A stretch of 64,000 nt of DNA from Firmicutes bacterium UBA5449 (GTDB lineage Bacteria > Bacillota > SHA-98 > UBA4971): assembly GCA_002424305.1 (NCBI GenBank), contig DIQZ01000035.1:162335-226334 (forward strand), read 5' to 3'. Position 1 is the first letter of the stretch. The number at the start of each line of letters is the position of its first letter. The position numbers and the translations under genes are program-made. The notes below the pieces were generated by a model. That model was not told the origin of the DNA, made no database searches, and saw nothing but the letters and a program-made list of their open reading frames with translations. This document shows, in pieces, positions 28,916-39,074 of the stretch.

Positions 28916-30013
28916 ATGGGAAGTAAGGGACAAATAGGGACAAGGGAAGCTATAGCCGCCACAGTCTATTTTCTGTCCACAAAACTGCTGACATCTTTCC
29001 CACAGCATATGGCTGAAATGGGCCAAACGGCGGCCTGGATAGTCCCCATCATAAGCTTTGCCGTGGCGACACTTGGCTTTCTTATCATGACAGCACTAAT
29101 AAGATGCTACCCTGGAAGAAGCATTGTTGAAGCAAGCGAAGAAGCAGGTGGCCCAGTGCTGGGCACAATTGCCTCACTGGGATATTTCGCTTTTTTCTTC
29201 GCCACGACAGTCCTTTTGATCCGTGAATTCTCCGAGACAGTAAGTACCGCATTGCTTCCCAGCACCCCTCTTTCGGTAATCATGGGCGTATTCATTCTTG
29301 CAACCCTTGTTGCTACGTATCTGGGAATTGAAGCAATAACCAGAGCTGCGTCATTGGGTATGCCGCTTATCATCGGCACACTTATCCTTCTTAACCTCCT
29401 GTTATTACCACAGAGCAACTTCGACGCTATATTTCCGCTACTTGGACCAGGTTCCGGAAAGTTAATTTATAATGGGATAATCCACTCGGGAATCGCAGGT
29501 GAGGTGATGTTTCTCAGTATTATAGCAAAGCAACTTGATGAAAAACACAAAGTGCAGACTATGGGGCTTGTAAGTCTTCTTCTGGCAGGCTCTTTCATGA
29601 TTGTATCGACACTGAACTACTCTGCGATATTTCCGTATCCTATGAGTGTACACATTACATACCCGGGATACGAAGCGTCAACTCTAATATACATGGGACG
29701 ATTCCTGCAGCGCATTGAAGTAGCCTTCGTTTTCCTTTGGGTTATCAGTGCATGCGTATACCTGGCACTTAGCGGTTACACAACAGCCATAATAATTTCA
29801 GATATGCTCAAACTCCCATCTCACAAACCCCTTCTGCCTGCTTTCGCAATCCTCGGATTCACTTTTGCACTTGTGCCGTCTGACGTCCCTCAAGCTACGT
29901 ATGTGGATTTCATGATAGTGAGAACCTATGGCGGACTGGCAATATTCGTCATGCCTTTGCTCTTGCTTCTAATTGCCCGTCTTAGGGCAAGCCATGATAC
30001 CAATAGGCGGTGA
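28916..30013 (+). CDS. Spore germination protein, GerAB/GerKB family (APC-type permease-like B subunit)
   Basis: 365 aa, about 10 TM helices; immediately downstream of A subunit. Confidence 0.8.
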   Translation: MGSKGQIGTREAIAATVYFLSTKLLTSFPQHMAEMGQTAAWIVPIISFAVATLGFLIMTALIRCYPGRSIVEASEEAGGPVLGTIASLGYFAFFFATTVLLIREFSETVSTALLPSTPLSVIMGVFILATLVATYLGIEAITRAASLGMPLIIGTLILLNLLLLPQSNFDAIFPLLGPGSGKLIYNGIIHSGIAGEVMFLSIIAKQLDEKHKVQTMGLVSLLLAGSFMIVSTLNYSAIFPYPMSVHITYPGYEASTLIYMGRFLQRIEVAFVFLWVISACVYLALSGYTTAIIISDMLKLPSHKPLLPAFAILGFTFALVPSDVPQATYVDFMIVRTYGGLAIFVMPLLLLLIARLRASHDTNRR

Positions 30014-31338
30014 TTTTCTTGGCACGCTATGCAAGAATCATAGTAATCGCAGAACTTATCATGGCATGTGTAGTAATAGTCGGGGGATGCTGGGGTCGAA
30101 CCGAAGTGGATGACCTGGCTTTGGTCATGGCAATTGGCCTTGACAAAGGAGAAGAGGACACAGTGTATGTCACGCTGCAAATGGCGGTCCCCAGGGCTGT
30201 AGCAAGCGGAGGAGGAGAGGGAGGAAGACCCGGGGAAGGAGGAGGGAATGAAGCAAGCCTCATAACGACCATAAGAGGCAGATCTATCCTAGGGCTTATT
30301 GATATCGCAAATACATACATTAATCGACGTCCGTCTTTTGTCCATTGCAAACTGGTAGTTATCGGCGAAGACCTTGCCGAACGGGGCTTAGCCCCGCATA
30401 TTTCAGAATTGGTGCGATTTCATGAAATCAGACGAACTATGTTTCTCGTCATAGCTAAAGGCACTGCTCAAGAATTCATTATGGCAAACAAGCCCATTCT
30501 TGAGCAAAATCCTGCAAAGAATCTGGAATTACTTGCCCTCGCCAGTAGAAAAGCAGGCCTTATCCCTTCATCTCAACTTCACAGATTCTTAGTGGAAATG
30601 CAATCATTGGGGGAAGGACCCCTTGTGATCCTCGCCGGAGTTAATGAGGAGCCATCGCCTGAAGACGATAAGCAAGGGAAAAGTAAGGGCGCACCGCAGA
30701 TATCTGTACCAATAAGTGAATCTGACATTGACTATATCGCAGGTAAATCTCCGTCAATAGGAGGTAACCCTATTGAACTGGCAGGTGCAGCAGTCTTTCG
30801 AGGAGACAAGATGGTAGGTGAAATTACCGGAGAAGAGGTACGGTACGTTCTTTATCTTCGCGGAATCTTCAAGCGCGGTGTTACTATCGTACAGGATCCC
30901 TTTGCATACGACCAATTCATCGCTGCAGACTTACGACTCGCACGGCCTACACAGATTCGTGTAACAAGGGATGGCAATAGGTTTCACATTAGTGTGAAGA
31001 TCCTGCTTGAAGGCGGTCTCATAGGAAGTCAAGGTACAGAAGACTACACTGATCCCAAAGTAGTCAGCGCCGTTGAAGAGCAACTCATCCATCAAATAGA
31101 AAGAGGTTGCCGTGACATTATCCGGAAAGCTCAGACCAGATTCTCATCTGATATTTTTGCGTTTGGGAATAAAGCCAGACATCTGACATTGACATGGCAG
31201 GAATGGCAAAACCTTGACTGGCCGAATGAGTTTCCACAAGCCTCCGTCAGTGTAACAGTAGGAGTCGAACTACGTAGGACGGGTCTGCTCTTTAGGTCAC
31301 CAACACCTCTGACAAGTCCACAATCCCCGGCGTCATGA
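30010..31338 (+). CDS. Spore germination protein, GerAC/GerKC family lipoprotein (C subunit)
   Basis: 442 aa; signal peptide + lipobox (VIVGGC), start GTG overlapping B-subunit stop (GTGA). Confidence 0.8.
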   Translation: MIFLARYARIIVIAELIMACVVIVGGCWGRTEVDDLALVMAIGLDKGEEDTVYVTLQMAVPRAVASGGGEGGRPGEGGGNEASLITTIRGRSILGLIDIANTYINRRPSFVHCKLVVIGEDLAERGLAPHISELVRFHEIRRTMFLVIAKGTAQEFIMANKPILEQNPAKNLELLALASRKAGLIPSSQLHRFLVEMQSLGEGPLVILAGVNEEPSPEDDKQGKSKGAPQISVPISESDIDYIAGKSPSIGGNPIELAGAAVFRGDKMVGEITGEEVRYVLYLRGIFKRGVTIVQDPFAYDQFIAADLRLARPTQIRVTRDGNRFHISVKILLEGGLIGSQGTEDYTDPKVVSAVEEQLIHQIERGCRDIIRKAQTRFSSDIFAFGNKARHLTLTWQEWQNLDWPNEFPQASVSVTVGVELRRTGLLFRSPTPLTSPQSPAS

Positions 31339-31354
31339 ATGGAGGAGAACGGAG

Positions 31355-31531
31355 TTGAGACTCACTGCAATCCTAATAATTATGACAGCACCGACAATAG
31401 TAGCAATTTACACAATCAGCTTTGGGCAATGGCTTCTCAAGAGTGGAAACACCCGAGGGGCCATAGGTGTATTTATTGCTGCCGCAATCTGCATCATAGC
31501 CCCTCTGGCTCTCTTGATGCTCAGAGGGTAA
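31355..31531 (+). CDS. Candidate small hydrophobic protein (58 aa from TTG, or 49 aa from internal ATG) downstream of gerKC
   Basis: Own translation, not in ORF track (<60 aa): LRLTAILIIMTAPTIVAIYTISFGQWLLKSGNTRGAIGVFIAAAICIIAPLALLMLRG*; GGAGGAGAA RBS 8 nt upstream of TTG; two predicted TM helices; ends 10 nt before convergent codY stop. Confidence 0.35.
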   Translation: MRLTAILIIMTAPTIVAIYTISFGQWLLKSGNTRGAIGVFIAAAICIIAPLALLMLRG

Positions 31532-31541
31532 TCCTGGCGCT

Positions 31542-32327
31542 TTATCGTGCTCGCAGACGTTCCAGTTCTTCGAAAAGCTTATCATTAAGTACACGAATAT
31601 AAGTGCCTTTCATTCCTAAAGAACGCGACTCTATTACACCTGCACTCTCAAACTTGCGGAGCGCATTGACAATGACTGATCTGGTTATGCCAACTTTGTC
31701 TGCAATTTTGCTGGCTACAAGCAGACCTTCTTCTCCGTTAAGTTCTTTGAAAATATGTTCAACAGCTTCCTGCTCAGAGAAGGATAGGGTATCCAAGGCC
31801 ATCTGAACAGAGGCTTGTTTCCTTGCTTCTTCTTCAACTCTGTCCGCTTTTGTTCGCAAAACTTCCATTCCGATAATCGTAGCAGCAAAATCTGCAAGAA
31901 CTAATTCGTCTTCTTCGAATTCCGGCTCGAATCTGGCCATTACGAGCGTAGCCAGTCTGTCCCCACCTGCATACACCGGCACTACAGTTATTAGCGCTTC
32001 TCCGAAAGGACATTTGCTGTCTGTGTTCAGAAAACACTTGCCTTCGTCTTGCTGAAGATTGTCTGATGTTTCAATTATCCTAAGAAGCCAATCCATACAC
32101 TCTTTGGGGAAAGATTCCCCATTACCCACGAGACGCGCGACGACATCACACTCAAAGCTCTCCATTGCAGCACATCCCAGTAGTCTGCCTCTACGACTAA
32201 CTATGTAGACATTTGCTCCGATTTCATCAGAAAGCATTCCGGCAAATTCCTTTAGATTCAAGGGATAAGTTGTAGATTCCTGCACAAATCGACTCATTCT
32301 ACGTGATTTCTCCAATAGGTTTTTCAC
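31542..32327 (-). CDS. codY: GTP-sensing pleiotropic transcriptional repressor CodY
   Basis: 261 aa; GAF domain + C-terminal wHTH (ASKIADKVGITRSVIVNALRKFESAGVIESRSLGMKGTYI). Confidence 0.9.
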   Translation of the reverse strand: MKNLLEKSRRMSRFVQESTTYPLNLKEFAGMLSDEIGANVYIVSRRGRLLGCAAMESFECDVVARLVGNGESFPKECMDWLLRIIETSDNLQQDEGKCFLNTDSKCPFGEALITVVPVYAGGDRLATLVMARFEPEFEEDELVLADFAATIIGMEVLRTKADRVEEEARKQASVQMALDTLSFSEQEAVEHIFKELNGEEGLLVASKIADKVGITRSVIVNALRKFESAGVIESRSLGMKGTYIRVLNDKLFEELERLRAR

Positions 32328-32447
32328 AAATACTACCTCCTTTTACTGCCAGCAGGGGTGTGCCCGCTTCTCCATGCTTGAGATTTGCCGTCTCCTTCCC
32401 AGGCTTGTCCGACCCGTAGGTCAGAGTCTTCTGACACTAAGTAATAA

Positions 32448-33866
32448 TTACAGAATAAACCTGCTTAAATCCCTGTTACCAACAATATCCTGAAGTCTCT
32501 CCTGAACATACTCACGATTAATTGTGACTTTCTTCGAAGTCAACTCCGGAGCATTAAAAGACACATCCTCAAGAAGACATTCCATCACTGTATGAAGTCG
32601 CCTTGCACCGATATTCTCAGTCTGCTCATTTACCTCACTGGCAATGGCTGCAATTTCCCAGATGGCGTCAGGCAAGAACACGAGTTCAATCCCTTCGGTA
32701 GCCATAAGCGCAGCGTATTGCTTTACTAAGGCATTCTCAGGCTCAGAAAGGATGCGCTTGAAGTCTTCTTTAGTGAGGCTATCGAGTTCTACACGAATCG
32801 GGAACCTCCCTTGCAGTTCCGGTATGAGATCCGAAGGCTTTGATACATGGAAGGCACCTGCGGCGATAAAAAGTATGTGGTCGGTTTTTACCGGGCCATA
32901 CTTTGTTGTAACTGTACAACCTTCAACAATGGGAAGAATATCCCGCTGCACCCCTTCACGAGACACATCAGGCCCCGCTCCTCTTTCCTTACCTGCTATC
33001 TTATCGAGCTCATCTATAAAAACGATCCCTGTTTGTTCAACACGGTCGATTGCTTCTTGTTCCACTTCCGCCATATCAACAAGTTTTTGTGCCTCTTCTT
33101 GGGCTATTATCTTTCTGGCTTCTCTTACCGGGACTCGTCTGCGCCTAGTCCTCCCCGGGAAAGCCCCGCCAAAGAGATCTTGCATGTTTATGCCCATCTC
33201 CTCCACCCCGGCGCCGCTGAAGACTTCCAGCATAGGGGGAGTCCTGTCTTCCACAGATACTTCGATGATTGTATCCTCCAGGTCTCCGGCAATGAGTTTC
33301 TCTCTCACCTTCTCCCGCCTATCCTTAGCTTCCTCCAGCCTCCTCTGAAAGGTTTCATCATCCCGCTGAACGCCAAATCCCCCAATGAGCATAGCAAGGG
33401 GGTTCTTCTCAGATTCGTGAGAAGGTATAGGAACCATGATATCTAAGAGCCTGTCATCAACGACAGCCGCAGCTTTATGGTAGACTCCTACCATTTTCTC
33501 GGACTTTACCATACGAATTGCATTTTCCACCAAGTCCCTGATAATTGAGTCTACATCTCTTCCGACATACCCAACTTCAGTGAATTTCGTAGCCTCTACC
33601 TTAGTGAAAGGAGCATTGACCAATCTCGCCAGTCTGCGGGCGATTTCAGTCTTACCTACTCCTGTAGGACCTATCATCAAGATATTCTTAGGGATAACTT
33701 CATCGCGAAGAGACCCCTTAAGGTTCAGTCTGCGGTACCTATTGCGAAGCGCGATTGCTACTGACTTCTTTGCCCTGTCTTGACCGACAATGAACTTATC
33801 AAGTTCTGCCACAGTAGCACGAGGCGTCAGCTCTTTAAGTCGCTCCACACATAAGCCCCCTTTCAT
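32448..33866 (-). CDS. hslU: ATP-dependent protease ATPase subunit HslU (ClpY)
   Basis: 472 aa; Walker [10 protein letters not shown]-domain, sensor motifs; true start may be a few codons inside the track ORF. Confidence 0.9.
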   Translation of the reverse strand: MKGGLCVERLKELTPRATVAELDKFIVGQDRAKKSVAIALRNRYRRLNLKGSLRDEVIPKNILMIGPTGVGKTEIARRLARLVNAPFTKVEATKFTEVGYVGRDVDSIIRDLVENAIRMVKSEKMVGVYHKAAAVVDDRLLDIMVPIPSHESEKNPLAMLIGGFGVQRDDETFQRRLEEAKDRREKVREKLIAGDLEDTIIEVSVEDRTPPMLEVFSGAGVEEMGINMQDLFGGAFPGRTRRRRVPVREARKIIAQEEAQKLVDMAEVEQEAIDRVEQTGIVFIDELDKIAGKERGAGPDVSREGVQRDILPIVEGCTVTTKYGPVKTDHILFIAAGAFHVSKPSDLIPELQGRFPIRVELDSLTKEDFKRILSEPENALVKQYAALMATEGIELVFLPDAIWEIAAIASEVNEQTENIGARRLHTVMECLLEDVSFNAPELTSKKVTINREYVQERLQDIVGNRDLSRFIL

Positions 33867-34399
33867 ATCTCCTCACACCGGATCTCCTCATTTGTATATA
33901 TGCATATGGAAGATGCAATTCTCAGAGCTTCTTTGGCGACTTCACCACAGGTAAGATCTGTATGACCGACAAGGGCTTTTGCTGCTGCTAAGGCCATAGG
34001 CCCGCCTGAGCCCACTGCTGCGATACCGTCATCAGGTTCTATTAGGTCTCCGTTTCCTGAGATAACCAGTAAACTAGATTTGTCGGCAACAACCAAGAGA
34101 GCTTCGAGTCTCCTCAATGCACGATCCATCCGCCACTCTTTGACCAATTCCACAGCAGCTCTCGGCAGGTTTCCGTGGTATTCTTCCAGTTTGCCTTCGA
34201 AGCGTTCAAACAGAGCAAAAGCGTCAGCTGCCGCCCCTGCAAAGCCTGCTACGACTTTGCCTTCATAGAGTCTTCGAACCTTTCTGGCCTTGTGCTTCAT
34301 TACAGTGTTGCCCATGGTAACTTGCCCGTCTCCGGCAATAGCCACGTGTTCACCGCGCTTGACCGCAATCACCGTTGTGGCGTAAAATTCTTGCCTCAC
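33863..34399 (-). CDS. hslV: ATP-dependent protease subunit HslV (ClpQ)
   Basis: 178 aa; N-terminal TTVIAVK Thr nucleophile region. Confidence 0.9.
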   Translation of the reverse strand: MRQEFYATTVIAVKRGEHVAIAGDGQVTMGNTVMKHKARKVRRLYEGKVVAGFAGAAADAFALFERFEGKLEEYHGNLPRAAVELVKEWRMDRALRRLEALLVVADKSSLLVISGNGDLIEPDDGIAAVGSGGPMALAAAKALVGHTDLTCGEVAKEALRIASSICIYTNEEIRCEEI

Positions 34400-34427
34400 C
34401 CAGAACCCACCTCCCCGATTTGCTGTA

Positions 34428-35333
34428 TTATGCCCGCGGATGAGCCTTATCGTAAACCACTTTCAGTCTCCTCCTGGTCATATGTGTATAGATTTGAGTC
34501 GTTGAGACGCTGGCATGACCTAGAAGTTCCTGTACAGCCCGAAGATCTGCTCCGTGATCTAAGAGGTGAGTGGCAAACGAGTGCCTCAAAGCATGAGGAC
34601 TGATTTTTTTATCAATGGTAGCATCTTCTATGTACTTATCTATCATGATTTGAACTGCACGAGACGAAAGCCTTGTTCCGTTGCAGTTTAGGAAAAGGGC
34701 GCGGGCTTCCAATCCAGGAGATGCAAGATGTGGTCTTCCATTTTCCAGGTATTCTGTGAGTGCTTCTATAGCCTTTGCGCCTATTGGGACTATTCTCTCT
34801 TTAGATCCCTTGCCATAGGCTCTGATAAAACCCGTAGTAAGATCAACACTGTCAAGATCAAGGCCAACCAGCTCTCCCACACGAAGACCTGCAGCATAAA
34901 GGGTTTCCAGTATTGCTATGTCACGAAGTCCAAGTGGGGTATCCCTTGCCGGACGCTCCATCAAAGATGCAACCTCATCTTCGCGAAGAAAGGGTGGTAT
35001 TCTACGCCCTTCTTTCGGAGTCCTGATGCCTTTCACAGGATTCTGGGGGACAATCCCTTTTTTGTGGAGATAAGAAAAAAATGCCCGAACAGCCGCAAGT
35101 CTCCTGGCAACAGTTCGCCTGGAGTAGCCTGCTCTTTGAAGATCCGCCAAGTAGGCCCTGATCTCGAGGTAAGTTATGCCAGATGGGCTTCGATTTTCTT
35201 TGTCCTCATGAATGTCTTGGACAAAATCTATAAACGTTTGGATATCATGGGCATATGCATTAATGGTGTTAGGAGAATGGCCCTTCTCAATAGAGAGATA
35301 TCCAAGAAAGTCATCAACCTCACTGGTCAACAC
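34428..35333 (-). CDS. xerC: Tyrosine recombinase XerC (CodV)
   Basis: 301 aa; R..HxxR..Y catalytic residues ([12 protein letters not shown] ... TQIYTH); xerC-hslVU-codY synteny as in B. subtilis. Confidence 0.85.
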   Translation of the reverse strand: MLTSEVDDFLGYLSIEKGHSPNTINAYAHDIQTFIDFVQDIHEDKENRSPSGITYLEIRAYLADLQRAGYSRRTVARRLAAVRAFFSYLHKKGIVPQNPVKGIRTPKEGRRIPPFLREDEVASLMERPARDTPLGLRDIAILETLYAAGLRVGELVGLDLDSVDLTTGFIRAYGKGSKERIVPIGAKAIEALTEYLENGRPHLASPGLEARALFLNCNGTRLSSRAVQIMIDKYIEDATIDKKISPHALRHSFATHLLDHGADLRAVQELLGHASVSTTQIYTHMTRRRLKVVYDKAHPRA

Positions 35334-35412
35334 AAATACCGCTCCCTTATCGAGAACGTAATACTATTGTAGCAAACCCTTTCGTTGTAGAATTGTATCA
35401 TAATCGCAATTT

Positions 35413-36759
35413 TTAATCAAGTCTGTAACGAAGGGTTTTCTCGAAATCATGTACAACTTTTAGGGTAGATGCCGCAATAGCAAGTCTATTATCTTTTTTC
35501 CGTCGTTTCATGTCGGATTTCGGCAAAATTCCGAAGTTGGCATTCATTGGTTGAAATGCCCCGGTTCTCTCAGTGGAAACATAGTAGCAAAGAGCGCCTA
35601 TAATTGTCTCTTTTGGAAACCGAATCGGAGACAGACCCAATACAAGCCTTGCTGCATTTACCCCGGCAACAAGTCCTGATGCTGTAGACTCCAGATAACC
35701 TTCGACTCCGGAAATTTGCCCTGCAAAGAGAAGATTCTCATCGTGTTGACACTGCATTGTGGGAAGAAGGATCTCAGGCGAGTTGATAAACGTGTTTCTG
35801 TGCATCACCCCGTACCTAACAAATTCAGCCTTTTCCAGGCCGGGAATCATACGGAACACCCGACGTTGTTCATCCCACGCGAGGCGCGTCTGAAAGCCTA
35901 CCAAATTTAGAAGGGAACGCGCCATATCCTCCGGCCTTAGCTGTACTACTGCATAAGGGCGCTCTCCTGTACGTGGATCTTTGAGTCCGACGGGTCTTAA
36001 AGGACCGTAAGCCAGAGTCTCACGTCCGCGTTTAGCCAGAGTCTCTATGGGCATACACGCTTCAAAAACCTTCATATCTTCAAATTCATGCCGGGGCGCA
36101 GTCTTAGCAGAGACTAGAGCATCATAAAAGCGATCATACTCTTCTTTTGTCATAGGACAGTTAAGATAGTCATTGCCTCCTCGTCCATACCGCGAACCCC
36201 AAAAAACCCGGGATAGATCGCAAGACTCCATGGTAACAATGGGGGCTACAGCATCATAGAAGTATAGATTGTCTTCACCGGTCAGCCCTGTGACAGACTG
36301 GGCAAGACTATGAGATGTCAGCGGGCCGCTGGCGATTATGCACGGCCTGTGCTGAGGGATATCAGTAATCTCTTCTCTTAATACATGAATATTAGGAGAC
36401 CTCTTAATGTACGAGCTGACAAGATGAGAAAACCTCTGCCTTTCCACTGCCAGGGCTGAGCCTGCAGGGATTCTTGCACCCTCTGCGCACCTCATGATCA
36501 GAGATCCGTAAGTTCGTAATTCCTCTTTGAGAACACCTGCCGCATTCCGAAAACCATCGGATCCTAATGAATTTGAGCATACGAGCTCTGCCAGATCAGA
36601 CGTGGTATGAGCAGGTGTCATCACCCCCGGCCTCATCTCAATAATACTGACAGGGATATTTCTCCGAGCTATCTGCCATGCGGCCTCACTGCCTGCAAGC
36701 CCGCCACCTACAACGACTACACCTCTATCATCAACCAATCCTGCAACACCTACCATCAC
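35413..36759 (-). CDS. trmFO: Methylenetetrahydrofolate--tRNA-(uracil-5-)-methyltransferase TrmFO (Gid)
   Basis: 448 aa; FAD-binding GGGLAGSEAAWQ N-terminus, GidA-like. Confidence 0.9.
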   Translation of the reverse strand: MMVGVAGLVDDRGVVVVGGGLAGSEAAWQIARRNIPVSIIEMRPGVMTPAHTTSDLAELVCSNSLGSDGFRNAAGVLKEELRTYGSLIMRCAEGARIPAGSALAVERQRFSHLVSSYIKRSPNIHVLREEITDIPQHRPCIIASGPLTSHSLAQSVTGLTGEDNLYFYDAVAPIVTMESCDLSRVFWGSRYGRGGNDYLNCPMTKEEYDRFYDALVSAKTAPRHEFEDMKVFEACMPIETLAKRGRETLAYGPLRPVGLKDPRTGERPYAVVQLRPEDMARSLLNLVGFQTRLAWDEQRRVFRMIPGLEKAEFVRYGVMHRNTFINSPEILLPTMQCQHDENLLFAGQISGVEGYLESTASGLVAGVNAARLVLGLSPIRFPKETIIGALCYYVSTERTGAFQPMNANFGILPKSDMKRRKKDNRLAIAASTLKVVHDFEKTLRYRLD

Positions 36760-38873
36760 AAAGTATCTGAAGCGGAAGAAGCCTTAGATTTACCGGAAGA
36801 GCGCACATCTTCTCGGTAGTCACACCCCTCCCTGACACAAGCTAAGTAGCCTTTCTTGCCGCCGCGCCTTACAAGAAATGCTCCACATTCAGGGCAAGGC
36901 TTCTTAACCGGTGCATACCACGTGGTGAACTTGCACTCAGGATATCCGCTGCATCCATAGAACTTCCTGCCCTTTCTGGTCTTTCTTTCCACTATCTCCT
37001 CTCCACACAGTGGGCATTTAACACCGGTTTTGCGGACAATTTTCTTTGTAAACTTGCATTCAGGATAACCTTGGCATCCCAGAAACGCGCCAAACCTGCC
37101 ATGCTTTACTACAAGGTTGCGGCCACATTCAGGGCAGAGCTCATCTGTGACTTCATCGGGGATCTTCACTCTCTCCACTTGTTCTTCGGCCTCATCTACT
37201 GTCTCTTTGAAAGGCACGTAGAATTCTTCGATGACCTTCACCCACTCAAGTTCACCTTCGGCAATCCGATCCAACTTCGCCTCCATGTCAGCGGTAAAAG
37301 TCACATCAACAACATTCGGATATACCTTGTTTAGGACATCCACCACTACAAACCCGAGTTGTGTTGGGTAAAATCTCTTGTCTTCAATGGCCACGTAATC
37401 ACGCTTGCGGATGGTTTCAAGGATAGGCGCATACGTACTTGGCCTGCCTATACCGTTTTCTTCAAGTGCCCGTACAAGTGTAGCCTCACTATAACGTGGC
37501 GGTGGCTCAGTAAAGTGCTGCTTATCCTCGAGCCTAACCAGAAGCAGCCTCTCACCTTCAGAGAGCCCGGGTAGGATTGGTTCGTCTTCTTCAGCATTAT
37601 CAGTTCCCTCTTGATACAGGATGGTGAATCCGGGGAACTTCACCCGTGAACCTGTTGCTCTAAACACGTAGTTCTTGGCTTTGATGTCTACACGGACAGT
37701 ATCAAAGACGGCTGCCTGCATTTGACTTGCCACAAACCTGTCCCAGATAAGCTTGTATAATCTGTACTGGTCAGAGGATAAGCGCGCTTTCAGGTCAGCC
37801 GGACGGCGTGTTACCAACGTAGGCCTAATGGCCTCATGAGCATCCTGGCTGGTAGCCTTCTTCTTATACCGTCTTGGTCTGTCAGGCACATAATCCTTTC
37901 CGTATACATCCTTAATGAAGGATCTGGCGTGAGATTCAGCTTCAGATGCAACTCGAACTGAGTCAGTTCGAATGTAGGTTACAAGACCTGTGTTGCCTTC
38001 CGGACCAATCTCCAAACCCTCATATAGCTGTTGGGCAATTTGCATAGTCTTACGAGCTCTGAACCCCAGCTTCCTTGAGGCTTCCTGCTGCAGAGTGCTT
38101 GTGGTAAACGGAGGCGCCGGATTCCTCTTCCGTTCTCTTTCAAGCACTTTGACGACTTTATACTCCTCGCCTTTCAAATCGCTGAGGACTGCCTTAGCCT
38201 CCTCAGCCGTGTTTATACTTATCTTTCTTCCTGCTTTATTCAGGAGTTTCGCAGAAAACTCCGAACCGTCAACCTCTGTCTTCAAGAACGCGGTAATCGA
38301 CCAGTACTCATCACGTTCGAAAGCCTCAATTTCCCTTTCTCTATCGCATATGAGTCTTACAGTAACTGATTGGACTCTACCGGCAGAGAGGCCTCTGCGG
38401 ACTTTTTTCCATAGAAAGGGACTGAGGGTATATCCAACAAGCCGATCGAGTATCCTCCGAGCCTGCTGAGCATTGACTCGCTCCATATGAATAGGTCTCG
38501 GATTATCAAGGGCATCCTTTATCGCCCTTTTCGTAACCTCGTGAAACTCAATCCGACGAGGAACAGTGGGCTCAAGCCCCAGTGCCTCTGAAAGATGCCA
38601 AGATATTGCCTCTCCTTCGCGGTCAGGGTCAGTTGCAAGTAAGACCTTGCTTGATTTTCCCAGTGCACCCTTGAGCTCCCGAATAGTATCGCCCTTGCCC
38701 CGAATAGTAATGTAATGAGGCTCATAGTTGTTTTCCACATCGACCCCAAGCTTGCTTTTGGGCAGATCCCTCACATGACCTACAGAAGCCTTCACTTGGT
38801 ATTTCCCACCGAGCAACCTCTGAATCGTCTTAGCTTTAGCAGGTGATTCCACAATAATAAGACATTTTGACAT
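36756..38873 (-). CDS. topA: DNA topoisomerase I
   Basis: 705 aa; TOPRIM (LIIVESPAKAKT), active-site Tyr region, three C-terminal Zn-ribbon CxxC pairs. Confidence 0.95.
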   Translation of the reverse strand: MSKCLIIVESPAKAKTIQRLLGGKYQVKASVGHVRDLPKSKLGVDVENNYEPHYITIRGKGDTIRELKGALGKSSKVLLATDPDREGEAISWHLSEALGLEPTVPRRIEFHEVTKRAIKDALDNPRPIHMERVNAQQARRILDRLVGYTLSPFLWKKVRRGLSAGRVQSVTVRLICDREREIEAFERDEYWSITAFLKTEVDGSEFSAKLLNKAGRKISINTAEEAKAVLSDLKGEEYKVVKVLERERKRNPAPPFTTSTLQQEASRKLGFRARKTMQIAQQLYEGLEIGPEGNTGLVTYIRTDSVRVASEAESHARSFIKDVYGKDYVPDRPRRYKKKATSQDAHEAIRPTLVTRRPADLKARLSSDQYRLYKLIWDRFVASQMQAAVFDTVRVDIKAKNYVFRATGSRVKFPGFTILYQEGTDNAEEDEPILPGLSEGERLLLVRLEDKQHFTEPPPRYSEATLVRALEENGIGRPSTYAPILETIRKRDYVAIEDKRFYPTQLGFVVVDVLNKVYPNVVDVTFTADMEAKLDRIAEGELEWVKVIEEFYVPFKETVDEAEEQVERVKIPDEVTDELCPECGRNLVVKHGRFGAFLGCQGYPECKFTKKIVRKTGVKCPLCGEEIVERKTRKGRKFYGCSGYPECKFTTWYAPVKKPCPECGAFLVRRGGKKGYLACVREGCDYREDVRSSGKSKASSASDTL

Positions 38874-39074
38874 TGTTACACTCCCCTATTGCATAACCCC
38901 GCTGATTTCACTGCTGTTCATTTTATACTACTCAATGGCACATACTCCTATCTCAGCACGCGTTCATTCGGGTTTAACCCACACCACCAAAAACGCACCT
39001 TTCATGTCGAAGGTTAGTTTCTGTCGCAGGCTCCGGTTAAATACCCGGCATGCACCTGCTTGCACCATGCCCCT

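Noticed and set aside
31339-31602. 87-aa ORF from the track (MEENGVETHCNPNNYDS…)
   Set aside because: Cys/His/Ser/Arg-rich, low-complexity, no RBS. A hydrophobic ORF with an RBS lies in another frame of the same DNA (reported instead).
38874-39074. Hairpin GCAGG…CCGGgtatttaaCCGG…CCTGC in the dprA-topA spacer
   Set aside because: Short, no U-tract, and in the expected topA promoter region. Not distinctive enough to call.
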